From assembly GCA_947259365.1 (NCBI GenBank), contig CAMYMC010000026.1, positions 75,162 through 139,161 on the forward strand: 64,000 nucleotides of DNA. The letters run 5' to 3'. Made by a program: the position numbers and the translations under genes. This DNA is from an uncultured Acidimicrobiaceae bacterium (GTDB taxonomy: Bacteria > Actinomycetota > Acidimicrobiia > Spongiisociales > UBA5794). Positions 27,686 to 36,354 of this stretch are shown piece after piece (within the stretch, counting starts at the first letter, position 1; each line of letters starts with the position of its first letter). The notes beneath the pieces were generated by a model. It did not search any database and was not told the origin of the DNA. It saw nothing but the letters and a program-made list of their open reading frames with translations.

Positions 27686-29422
27686 TCACAGGCCCTCGAA
27701 GGGATCCACGTCCGAGTCGTCGACCTCTTCTCTGCGCGTGGCCCACGGCGGGAACGGGAAGTCGACGACGAGGGGCACGGGGATGGCGGGTTGGGACAGC
27801 ACCATCGTGCCCGGCTTCAGCAGCCTCGCCCGCGCCCGCGTGGAGGGCAGCATCCACCCGTACTCGGCGCGCTCGGCCTCGGCGGCGTCGAGGCGGCCAG
27901 AGACGCGGATCGCGGCGTTCTCCATGACCTCGGGTGCAACCCGTGACGCCGTCTGCTGCGCTCCGACGAGGAGTACCCCCAGCGAGCGGCCCCGCTGGGC
28001 GATGTCGATGAGCATCTCCTTGAGGGGGCTCGTTCCGTCCCGAGGCGCATACTTGTTCAGCTCGTCGAGGACGACGACGGACAGCGGGAGCCGCTGGCCG
28101 CTCCGCTCCTTCTCCCCGAACGTCTCGGCGAGCAGCGCCCCGACGACGAACCGTTGCCCGAGATAGTGCAGTGACTGGATCCCGACGACGGTGACCTGGG
28201 CGGCGGTGCGGTCGATGCGGCGGCTCTCCCCCGCCCTGACGAGGTGCCCGAGGCGATGTGTCGCCGCGTGGAGGCGACGGATGAACGCCGAGACCGTGCC
28301 GACCTGGGTCCGCCCGGTCCAGCGTGGCTCCGGCTCGCCTTCCTCCGGATCGACGAACTCGACGATGGCGTCGACGAGCGCCCGCAGGTCTCGCACGACG
28401 CGCTCCCCCGGATTCGGGACGACGGTGCCTCCGGGGCGGTGGCCCTCGGAGGGATCCCGCAGCACGACCGCTCCTGGTTCGCCGGCGACGTCGACGGCGA
28501 ACCGGCGAAGCTGGGAGCGCACCCGCTCCTCGATGAAGGGGATCTGGTTCCTGGCGTCGTTCGAGTCGGTGAAGAGGAACCGGAGGAGCCCCTCGTCGAT
28601 GAACTCGCGCGGCGTCCACGTGAATGCGGCGACCCCTTCCTGGCGCCCCCCGGTATCGGGGATGACGACGTCCCCGGCATGGGCGCGCGGTGGGGCCCAG
28701 AACGCCGCCGAGGGGAACGGCGCCGGCTCGACGTCGAGTCGCCTCCACGCCTCGGCGGCGGCCTCGTCGAAGTACCGGTTCGGCCTGTCGAGCCACAGCA
28801 GGTCCTCACCTTTGACGTTGAAGACGAGGACCCGCAGGTTGGCGGCAGCCTCACCGACCACGTCGGGGCGGGCGCTGAGGAGCCGGAGGAAGAAGAGGGC
28901 GAACGACGTCTTCGTCGCCACACCGGAGATGCCGGAGATCGACATGTGGCCGCCCTTGCGTCCGTCGAAGAAGTCGAGGTCGACGTGGAGCGGCTCGCCA
29001 TCGCGGCCGAGACCGACGGGAAGCGGCCGCCCCATCTCGTCGACGTAGAGCGCCCGTTCCCGCTCCGCGCCGGTCGCCCTCTCGACGACCTCCCCCGGAT
29101 CCGGCGACACCCAGACCTCGGGGTCGAGCCGGGTGACCGCGACGCGCGCCGAGCGCACTTTGGCCCCGGGGAGGATGCCCTCGGCGGCGATGCGATGGGT
29201 GTCGCTCTCGAAGGTCGCCCCCTCGTAGATCGCCTCGGCCTCGGTCACGACCCCGTACGTGCGCACCTCGCCCTGTTTCGGCACCTCGGTACGAACGACG
29301 ACGAGATCGTCGAGCTGGAGGTACTCGTCTTCGTCGAGGACGACTCTGAACTCGCGGGTCGAGGTGTGCTCTGTGCCCAGCACCCTCCCGACGGCGTTCG
29401 TGTCCCGATGCGGCTCGCTCAC
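27686..29422 (-). CDS. HerA-like FtsK/HerA-superfamily ATPase with a degenerate P-loop
   Basis: 578 aa. Walker-B-like VVVLDELNKY, FtsK/HerA-type Q motif LLVGAQQTAS, atypical P-loop SGISGVATKTS. Context between NurA-like and SbcD genes. Start overlaps the NurA-like stop (ATGA). Confidence 0.5.
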   Translation of the reverse strand: MSEPHRDTNAVGRVLGTEHTSTREFRVVLDEDEYLQLDDLVVVRTEVPKQGEVRTYGVVTEAEAIYEGATFESDTHRIAAEGILPGAKVRSARVAVTRLDPEVWVSPDPGEVVERATGAERERALYVDEMGRPLPVGLGRDGEPLHVDLDFFDGRKGGHMSISGISGVATKTSFALFFLRLLSARPDVVGEAAANLRVLVFNVKGEDLLWLDRPNRYFDEAAAEAWRRLDVEPAPFPSAAFWAPPRAHAGDVVIPDTGGRQEGVAAFTWTPREFIDEGLLRFLFTDSNDARNQIPFIEERVRSQLRRFAVDVAGEPGAVVLRDPSEGHRPGGTVVPNPGERVVRDLRALVDAIVEFVDPEEGEPEPRWTGRTQVGTVSAFIRRLHAATHRLGHLVRAGESRRIDRTAAQVTVVGIQSLHYLGQRFVVGALLAETFGEKERSGQRLPLSVVVLDELNKYAPRDGTSPLKEMLIDIAQRGRSLGVLLVGAQQTASRVAPEVMENAAIRVSGRLDAAEAERAEYGWMLPSTRARARLLKPGTMVLSQPAIPVPLVVDFPFPPWATRREEVDDSDVDPFEGL

Positions 29423-30453
29423 CGCGGAGCCCCCACTTCGCTCGATCGCATGACCGCAGAGCGAAGCTCACGGTAGACGATGCCGGGGTCGCCGAGGCGT
29501 CTTCGCAGCTCCCGCTCGAGCGCCGCGATCGGGACGAGGTTCTGCGGGGCCCGGGGGTCGACGTGGCCCTCCGAGGCGACGGCGGGGAGGACCGCCGCGG
29601 TGCGGTCGGCGATCCCGGCAGCCCGGTCCGCCGGCAGCGCCGCCGACACCTCCGCCCGCACCACCCCCGTCCAGGCGTGCCCTCCGGGGATGTCGGCGAG
29701 GCGGAGGTACCACGAGTACCGCTCGTAGGCGCCACCCTTGCCGATGAGGAACAGCGGCGTCCGCTGGCCGGCGCGCAGCCGCCCGACGACGGGAGCCCGC
29801 TCGTCCGAGAGGTACGGGGCGCGGTGGCTCTTGATGTAGCCGACCTTCTCGGTCGCGGAGAGGTCGTTGATCGGGCCGTCGCCGACGACGAAGAGACCGG
29901 ACCGGGCGAGGTCCTCCGAGAGCTCGCCCTCGCTGGAGCGCATGGCACCGTGGAACCGCTGGATGAGGGCGCCCGGGTCGTCGTCGGGGACGGACTCGCT
30001 GCGGTATGCGAGCTGAGGGCCGGCGACCGGCACCGGGGCGGCCCGACCGCTGCCGAAGACGGCGAGACGGTGGACGATGGCCTTGTCGATGGTGCTGCGG
30101 GCGGCGGCCCGGTCCCACACGACCGCACCGACACCGTAGCTGCCGCAGATCCCGGGCACCGGGCCCGCCGGGTCGTCGATGGTGAGCCGGGCGTCGATGC
30201 GGCGGACCCCGTCGACGAAGGCGAGGCGCTCGATCCCGTCGTCGACGCCGTCGATGGGTGTCCATCGCCCCGCCGTCTCGACGGTCTCGTCGACCTTCGA
30301 CGGGTCGGCGAGAGCGGCGTCGGCTTCCATGGGGCTGCCGTACTCGGGCGCCCACGTCTCCACGTGCAATCGGGCCATCGCGGCGACTGTACCCGCAGCG
30401 TGTGACGCGAACCGGCCTCCCCGGGGCCGGAGGGCGTGCCGAATCCGCCCCAC
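29419..30453 (-). CDS. NurA-like nuclease (putative 5'-3' DNA end-resection nuclease partner of HerA)
   Basis: About 320-344 aa. The alternative start at 30378 leaves a 115-bp divergent intergenic region to the MFS gene. N-terminal FVDG motif. The assignment rests mainly on size and operon context with HerA-like/SbcD/SbcC. Confidence 0.4.
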   Translation of the reverse strand: MGRIRHALRPRGGRFASHAAGTVAAMARLHVETWAPEYGSPMEADAALADPSKVDETVETAGRWTPIDGVDDGIERLAFVDGVRRIDARLTIDDPAGPVPGICGSYGVGAVVWDRAAARSTIDKAIVHRLAVFGSGRAAPVPVAGPQLAYRSESVPDDDPGALIQRFHGAMRSSEGELSEDLARSGLFVVGDGPINDLSATEKVGYIKSHRAPYLSDERAPVVGRLRAGQRTPLFLIGKGGAYERYSWYLRLADIPGGHAWTGVVRAEVSAALPADRAAGIADRTAAVLPAVASEGHVDPRAPQNLVPIAALERELRRRLGDPGIVYRELRSAVMRSSEVGAPR

Positions 30454-30493
30454 GGGCCCGCTGTAGCCTGGCCCCCCTCCCCGACAGGACTCG

Positions 30494-31963
30494 ATGACGA
30501 AGCCGAACCCGCCCCAGCCCCCACCGGGGGTCGACTACGCAAAGCGCTACTGGGTGCTCCTCGCCATCGCCATGGGGATCTTCCTGGGGACGATCGACGG
30601 TTCGATCGTCAACGCGGCGCTGCCGACGCTCGTCGACGAGCTCGACGCCGGGTTTGCCTCCGTGCAGTGGGTCGTCCTCGGCTACCTGCTCACCCAGGCC
30701 ACCCTCGTCCTCATGGTGGGCCGCCTCGGCGACATGATCGGCAAGAAGCGCATCTACACGGCGGGGTTCGCCATGTTCATCGCGGGTTCGATGCTCGCCG
30801 GCCTCGCTCCCGGGGTTGGCTGGCTCATCGCGTTCCGCATCTTCCAGGCCGTCGGAGCTGCCATGATCTTCGCCCTCGGCTTCGCGATCATCACCGAGGC
30901 GTTCCCGCCGTCGGAGCGGGGGAGGGCGCTGGGCATCGGTGGCGCGATCGTCTCGGTCGGAATCGCCATCGGGCCCGCCATCGGCGGGATTCTCATCGAG
31001 GCCCTGTCGTGGCGGTGGATCTTCTTCGTCAATCTCCCCGTCGGCATCATCGGCACCTGGACGGCCCACCGTTTCGTGCCGGACACCCCGCCGCCGGGAC
31101 GGCAACGGTTCGACTTCCCCGGCGCCGCTGCGTTCTTCACCTCCCTCCTCACGCTCATGCTCGCCCTCACGCTCGGTCAGGACCTCGGATTCGGCTCCGG
31201 TCGCATCGTCGCGCTCTTCGTCGCCTCGGCGGTGTCCCTCGTTGGGTTCATCTCGATCGAGCGGCGGGTCGACCAGCCGATGCTCGCGCTGGGGCTCTTC
31301 AGGAATCGCCTGCTCAGCGTCAACCTCGTCACCGGATGGATGGTCTTCGTGGGGATCGCAGGCCTCATCTTCCTCCTTCCCTTCTACCTCCAGCAGGTGC
31401 TCGGCTACGACCCGGGGGCGATGGGAATGCTGCTGACGATCGCACCGATCACACTCGGCCTCGTCGCCCCGGTGTCGGGCACGATCTCGGACCGGATCGG
31501 GCAGCGACCCGTCATCGTCGTCGGACTTGCCGTCCTCGTCGTCGGTTACCTGCTGGCGGCGACCCTCGACGAGACGAGCTCGGTCCTTCACTACGCCGTC
31601 GCGGCGCTTCCCATCGGCGCCGGGATCGGGATCTTCCAGTCCCCGAACAACAGCGCGGTGATGGGTTCGGTGCCCCGGGAGCACCTGGGAGTGATGTCGG
31701 GATCGCTGACGATCACCCGGATCGTCGGTCAGCTCACGGGGATTGCCGTGCTCGGCACCCTCTGGGCGGCACGAGTGAGCGCCGCCGGCGGCGGGACCGA
31801 CCCGACCATCGCACCCGCCGCCACCCAGGTCACCGGGCTCCGCCAGACGATGGTTGCCGTCGCCGTGCTCATGGCCGTCGCCCTCGCCCTCGCCGCATGG
31901 GGAGCGGTGAGCGAGCGGCGGGCCGCCCCGGCCCGGCCGGCGGCTCCGATCCCCGAGTTGTGA
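30494..31963 (+). CDS. MFS transporter, DHA2 (14-TMS, EmrB/QacA) family
   Basis: 489 aa, 14 TM helices, MFS motif GRLGDMIGKKR between TM2 and TM3. Confidence 0.8.
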   Translation: MTKPNPPQPPPGVDYAKRYWVLLAIAMGIFLGTIDGSIVNAALPTLVDELDAGFASVQWVVLGYLLTQATLVLMVGRLGDMIGKKRIYTAGFAMFIAGSMLAGLAPGVGWLIAFRIFQAVGAAMIFALGFAIITEAFPPSERGRALGIGGAIVSVGIAIGPAIGGILIEALSWRWIFFVNLPVGIIGTWTAHRFVPDTPPPGRQRFDFPGAAAFFTSLLTLMLALTLGQDLGFGSGRIVALFVASAVSLVGFISIERRVDQPMLALGLFRNRLLSVNLVTGWMVFVGIAGLIFLLPFYLQQVLGYDPGAMGMLLTIAPITLGLVAPVSGTISDRIGQRPVIVVGLAVLVVGYLLAATLDETSSVLHYAVAALPIGAGIGIFQSPNNSAVMGSVPREHLGVMSGSLTITRIVGQLTGIAVLGTLWAARVSAAGGGTDPTIAPAATQVTGLRQTMVAVAVLMAVALALAAWGAVSERRAAPARPAAPIPEL

Positions 31964-32009
31964 CCCCGCGGCGCCGCCCATAGTCTCGACCCGAGGAGCA
32001 GACCCCCAC

Positions 32010-33026
32010 ATGCGCGTACTCGTCACCGGAGGGACCGGCTACATCGGAAGCCACACCGTCGTGGAACTGCTCACGGCCGGCCACGAGGTCACGATCGTCG
32101 ACAATCTCGCCAACTCCAGCCCCATCGTCGTCGACCGCATCTCCGCCATCACCGGCTCCTCCTTCGACTTCCACAGCATCGACGTACGCGACGAGGCCGG
32201 GCTTGACGACGTCGTCGCCACGGCCGCCTACGACGCCGTGTTGCACTTCGCCGGTCTCAAGTCGGTGGCCGAGTCGGTCGAGCGCCCGCTCGAGTACTTC
32301 GACAACAACGTGACGGGGACCATCACGCTGTGCCGGGTCCTGGCGCGTCGCGGCGTCCGCACGATCGTCTTCTCCTCCTCAGCGACCGTCTACGGTGATC
32401 CACCGAGCCTGCCGCTCACAGAGGCCACCCCTCCCGGCGCTCCGACGAACCCATACGGCAGGACGAAACTCGTCATCGAGGACATCCTCACCGATCTTCA
32501 GCGCGCCGACCGACGGTGGAGCGTGATCCTGTTGCGGTACTTCAACCCGGTCGGCGCCCACGAGTCGGGGCTCGTCGGCGAGGACCCGAAGGGCACACCG
32601 AACAACCTCATGCCGTACCTCGCCCAGGTCGCCGTCGGCAAGCTCGACCGGCTCACGATCCACGGCGACGACTACGCCACACCCGACGGCACCGGGGTCA
32701 GGGACTACATCCACGTCGTCGACCTCGCCGCCGGCCACGTCGCCGCCCTCGAGAAGCTCGTCGGCGTACCGGGCGCTCATGTCTACAACCTCGGCACGGG
32801 GAGCGGCACGTCGGTGCGCGAGCTCGTGGCCGCGTTCGAGACGGCAGCGGGGCGGACGATCCCGACCGTTGTCGGACCGCGTCGCCCCGGCGATGTCGCC
32901 GCCAACTGGTGCGACGCGTCGAAGGCCGCCGCCGAGCTCGGCTGGGTCGCCACCCGAACGACCGCCGACATGTGCCGGGACATGTGGCGCTGGCAGACCC
33001 AGAACCCGGACGGCTACGAGACGTAA
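32010..33026 (+). CDS. galE: UDP-glucose 4-epimerase
   Basis: 338 aa. N-terminal MRVLVTGGTGYIGSH Rossmann, S/YxxxK catalytic region, full-length GalE similarity. Confidence 0.85.
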   Translation: MRVLVTGGTGYIGSHTVVELLTAGHEVTIVDNLANSSPIVVDRISAITGSSFDFHSIDVRDEAGLDDVVATAAYDAVLHFAGLKSVAESVERPLEYFDNNVTGTITLCRVLARRGVRTIVFSSSATVYGDPPSLPLTEATPPGAPTNPYGRTKLVIEDILTDLQRADRRWSVILLRYFNPVGAHESGLVGEDPKGTPNNLMPYLAQVAVGKLDRLTIHGDDYATPDGTGVRDYIHVVDLAAGHVAALEKLVGVPGAHVYNLGTGSGTSVRELVAAFETAAGRTIPTVVGPRRPGDVAANWCDASKAAAELGWVATRTTADMCRDMWRWQTQNPDGYET

Positions 33027-33066
33027 GCGCCCGCGAGGTCAGGCCGCGCCGGCTCGGAGCGTCGGC

Positions 33067-34008
33067 TCACAGCCTCCCGATCCGCTCGACGAGCAGAGCG
33101 AAGAATCCGTCGGCGTCGACGTCGCGCATCACCGTGGCATTGGGCTCCTCGCCGGTGACCCCCCACCAGTCGACGACGGTCATGCCCATCGCCGGCCCCG
33201 GCGCCGTGGCGATCTCGACGTGGCAGCGCCGGCCGGCGAAGAGGCTGGGGTCGAGGAGGTATGCGATGACGCACGGATCGTGAAGGGGGGCGCCCGCCAT
33301 TCCGTACTTGTCGACGTCGTGGCGCTCGAAAAAGCCCAGCAACCCCGCGACCGCCTCGCCGGCAGCGGTGCCGAGAGCGCGAAACGCCTCGGCCCGCTCC
33401 GGGGTCGCCAGAGCCTTGTGGGTGACGTCGAGGGGCATCATCGTGATCGGCACCCCGCTACTGAACACGACGTGAGCAGCGTGGGGATCGACGTAGACGT
33501 TGAACTCGGCCGCCGGCGTCACGTTGCCGCCGGCGAAGAACCCGCCCCCCATCATGACGAGCTCGCACAGCCTCGCTGCGATGTCGGGAGCGACGACCAT
33601 CGCCGTCGCCACGTTGGTGAGGGGCCCCAGGGTCGCGAGGGTGACCTCGCCCGCCGGGGCGGAGCGCACGATGTCGACGATGGCCTCCACGGCGTGATCG
33701 TCGGCGAGCGGTACCACCGGGTCGGGGAGGTGGGCACCGTCGAGCCCGGTCGCGCCGTGGACGTGCTCCGCCGTGACCAGGTCGTTCACCATCGGTCGGG
33801 GGCACCCGGCATGGACCGGCACGTCGGTGCGCCCGGCGAGCTCGACGAGCTTGCGGGCGTTCGCCGTCGTCAGCTGCAGCGGGACGTTTCCGGCGACCGC
33901 GGTCACCGCTCGCACCTCGAGGTCGTCGGGGGAGGCCAGCGCCGTCAGCAGGGCGACGGCGTCGTCCTGACCGGGATCGGTGTCGATGACGATCACCCGT
34001 GCCGGCAT
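33067..34008 (-). CDS. inosine-uridine-preferring nucleoside hydrolase (IunH/RihA family)
   Basis: 313 aa from the ATG at 34008 (MPARVIVIDTDPGQDDAVAL). DxDxxxDD Ca-binding signature. The upstream 170 aa in the track ORF is junk. Start overlaps the ribokinase stop. Confidence 0.85.
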   Translation of the reverse strand: MPARVIVIDTDPGQDDAVALLTALASPDDLEVRAVTAVAGNVPLQLTTANARKLVELAGRTDVPVHAGCPRPMVNDLVTAEHVHGATGLDGAHLPDPVVPLADDHAVEAIVDIVRSAPAGEVTLATLGPLTNVATAMVVAPDIAARLCELVMMGGGFFAGGNVTPAAEFNVYVDPHAAHVVFSSGVPITMMPLDVTHKALATPERAEAFRALGTAAGEAVAGLLGFFERHDVDKYGMAGAPLHDPCVIAYLLDPSLFAGRRCHVEIATAPGPAMGMTVVDWWGVTGEEPNATVMRDVDADGFFALLVERIGRL

Positions 34009-34928
34009 CACTCGCTCCCCGGTAGGGGTCCGCCGCCGGCGGCGGCGACCTGGTCCGCAGTGGGGAGCGCCGTCTGCGCGCCACGCTGCGTCGTGGCGAG
34101 GGCACCGGCGACGACGGCCCACCGCACCGCCTCCTCCAGCACCGCTCCCCGGCACACCGCGTCGGCCAGAGCCCCGCAAAAGGCATCCCCCGCCCCGGTC
34201 GTGTCGACGACGTCGACCTCGGGCGCGGTGACGTGGGTCGTCGCGTCCCCAGCGACGAGGAGCGCGCCGTCGCCTCCCAGAGTCACGACGATCGCGCCGG
34301 GGCCGGTCAGCGCCGCCGCCTGGTCGGCCGCCTCTTCGACGGTCGCCGCCTCGTCCCAGCCTCCCAACGTCGCCAGCTCCGAACGGTTCGGCACGAGCAC
34401 GTCGACCCGCTGCAGCAGCGGGGCCGGGAGCGGCCGACCGGGGGCCGGGTTGAGGACGACCCGTTGCCCGGCGGCAACCGCGGCGGCGACGGTCTCGAGC
34501 GGCACCTCCAGCTGGCACAGCACGACGGAAGCGCCGGCAAGCGCCCCGGCGGCAGCGGTGACGTCGGTGGCGCCGAGATGGAGGTTGGCGCCCGGGCTCA
34601 CGACGATGGCGTTCTCCCCGTCGTCGGAGAGCGTGATCAGGGCGAGGCCGGTGCCGGCCGCGACGTCGACGGTGACGTGCTCGATCGCCACCCCCTCGGA
34701 GGCAAGCCGGGAGAGAAGCGCCCGCCCCTCCGCGTCATCGCCCACCCTGCCGACGAGGGCGACGCGCCGGCCGAGCCGGGCGAGTGCAACCGCCTGGTTG
34801 GCGCCCTTCCCGCCGGGGCCGGTCTCGTGGTCGCGGCCGAGCACCGTTTCCCCGGGCCGGGGTCGGCGCGGGACCCGTACGGTGAGATCCCGGTTGATCG
34901 ACCCGACGACGACGACGTCGTATGCCAC
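34008..34928 (-). CDS. rbsK: ribokinase (PfkB family)
   Basis: About 306 aa from the GTG at 34928 (VAYDVVVVGSINRDL...). Motifs GGKGANQA and C-terminal DTTGAGDAF. The start assignment is approximate. Confidence 0.75.
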   Translation of the reverse strand: MAYDVVVVGSINRDLTVRVPRRPRPGETVLGRDHETGPGGKGANQAVALARLGRRVALVGRVGDDAEGRALLSRLASEGVAIEHVTVDVAAGTGLALITLSDDGENAIVVSPGANLHLGATDVTAAAGALAGASVVLCQLEVPLETVAAAVAAGQRVVLNPAPGRPLPAPLLQRVDVLVPNRSELATLGGWDEAATVEEAADQAAALTGPGAIVVTLGGDGALLVAGDATTHVTAPEVDVVDTTGAGDAFCGALADAVCRGAVLEEAVRWAVVAGALATTQRGAQTALPTADQVAAAGGGPLPGSE

Positions 34929-34980
34929 CGCGGAGAGGCTAGGTGAACCCCCGGCGTGAATCCCCGGCGCCGACCACGCC

Positions 34981-36297
34981 TCAGAGGGCGACGACCCGGA
35001 ACACCGACCCCGACGCACTGAGCACGTAGAGCTCGCCGGCGGCGTCGACGCCGAACGAGGTGAGGTTGGGCACCGTCCCCGGGGCGAACCACTCGCGGGC
35101 GGCGGCGACGGCAGGCCGTGCGGGGCCGCCGAGCTCGGCATCGGGCGCGACGAGCACCGACCGGATCCAGCCGGCGCAGTAGTCGCCGTAGAAGTAGTGG
35201 CCGTCGAGACCGGGGAGCGCCTCCCCGCGGTAGACGACGCCCCCAGTGATCGAGCAGCCCTCGCCGTGGCCGTACGTGAGCGCGGCGGGAACGAGGTCGT
35301 CGAACTCGCACGGGTTCACCGAGAAGCAGGTGTTGCCCTCCAGCAGCGGCCATCCGAAGTTGCGGCGGGCGTCGTCGAGGGACACGACGTCGATCTCCTC
35401 GACGCGTTGCTGGCCCACGTCGGCGATGTAGAGGCGGTCCCCGTCGAAGTCGAACCGCCACGGGTTGCGGAGCCCGATCGCCCACACCTCGGGCGCTCCT
35501 CCGGTGGCGGCGAACGGGTTGTCGGCCGGCGTGGCGTAGGGAGCGGTGACACCCGGCCCGACCGTGATCCGCAGCATCGCGCCGAGCAAGGTGTCGGGGC
35601 GCTGGCCGTTGTCGAAGCGATCATTCGCCGCCCCGCCGTCGCCCATGCCGATCCAGAGGTTGCCGTCCGGCCCGAAGGCGACCATGCCGCCGTTGTGGTT
35701 CGGCGCAGGCTGGTCGATCTCGAGCACGAGCCGGGCGCTGTCGGCGTTCGCCCGATCCGGATCATCGGAGACCGTGAACTCGACAATCCTCGTCGCACCG
35801 CTCCTCGCCGTGTAGTTGACGTAGAACAGGCCGTTCGCGGCGTACTCGGGGTGGAAGGCGAGGCCGAGCAGGCCCCGCTCTCCACCGAAACCGACGTCGG
35901 AGCGGATGTCCAAGAAGACCTCGGGATCGGCACCGGCCAGCACCCAGACCAGGCCGGGCTGATCGACGACGAACCGGCGCCCATCTCGCGGAGGAGACGT
36001 GAGGAAGACGGGCTGATCGAAACCGGAGGCGACCTCCTCGAGCCTCAGCTCGACCGGCAGGGTGGAGGTGACGGTCGTGGGGGCGTCGGGTGGTGCGGTC
36101 GTCTGCAGGGGTGGAGCGGTCGTCCGCGCCGGAGCGGTCGCGGGGGCGTCGGGGGGGGCGGTCGTCTGCGGGGCTGGTACGGTCGTCGCGGTCGGGGGAA
36201 CCGTCACCCCGCCCCCCCGCTCGACGGAGGGAGCCGCAGCGTCGCAGGCCGCGCCGACGACGGCGAGTGCGGCGACGATGGGGACGATCCGGCGCAT
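34981..36297 (-). CDS. secreted PQQ-dependent sugar dehydrogenase (soluble glucose/sorbosone dehydrogenase family) with a Pro/Thr/Ala-rich N-terminal linker
   Basis: 438 aa. Signal peptide with a Cys at position 18 (possible lipoprotein). SGDH beta-propeller motifs (GLLGLAFHP, NHNGG, GLRNPWRF). Confidence 0.65.
   Translation of the reverse strand: MRRIVPIVAALAVVGAACDAAAPSVERGGGVTVPPTATTVPAPQTTAPPDAPATAPARTTAPPLQTTAPPDAPTTVTSTLPVELRLEEVASGFDQPVFLTSPPRDGRRFVVDQPGLVWVLAGADPEVFLDIRSDVGFGGERGLLGLAFHPEYAANGLFYVNYTARSGATRIVEFTVSDDPDRANADSARLVLEIDQPAPNHNGGMVAFGPDGNLWIGMGDGGAANDRFDNGQRPDTLLGAMLRITVGPGVTAPYATPADNPFAATGGAPEVWAIGLRNPWRFDFDGDRLYIADVGQQRVEEIDVVSLDDARRNFGWPLLEGNTCFSVNPCEFDDLVPAALTYGHGEGCSITGGVVYRGEALPGLDGHYFYGDYCAGWIRSVLVAPDAELGGPARPAVAAAREWFAPGTVPNLTSFGVDAAGELYVLSASGSVFRVVAL
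36079..36204 (-). repeat. 2 x 63-bp tandem repeat inside the PQQ-dehydrogenase gene, encoding 21-aa TTAPPDAP-type linker repeats
   Basis: The copies beginning at ~36079 and ~36142 are near-identical, read directly from the DNA. Confidence 0.6.
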
Positions 36298-36354
36298 CCG
36301 GGCAACGGTACCGACCGGTCGGGGCTATGCGGCTCGCCTCCAACCCGCCGCACC

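Noticed and set aside
29419-30453. Interpreting the NurA-like / HerA-like pair as an anti-phage defence module (e.g. SIR2-HerA or DUF4297-HerA type)
   Set aside because: The partner is nuclease-sized, not SIR2 or DUF4297. The pair is embedded between housekeeping sbcDC and an MFS gene. No other defence or mobile genes are nearby. DNA-repair context is favoured, though HMM confirmation is still needed.
32779-34959. 726-aa plus-strand ORF spanning the nucleoside hydrolase / ribokinase region
   Set aside because: Antisense to two well-supported genes. Low-complexity product.
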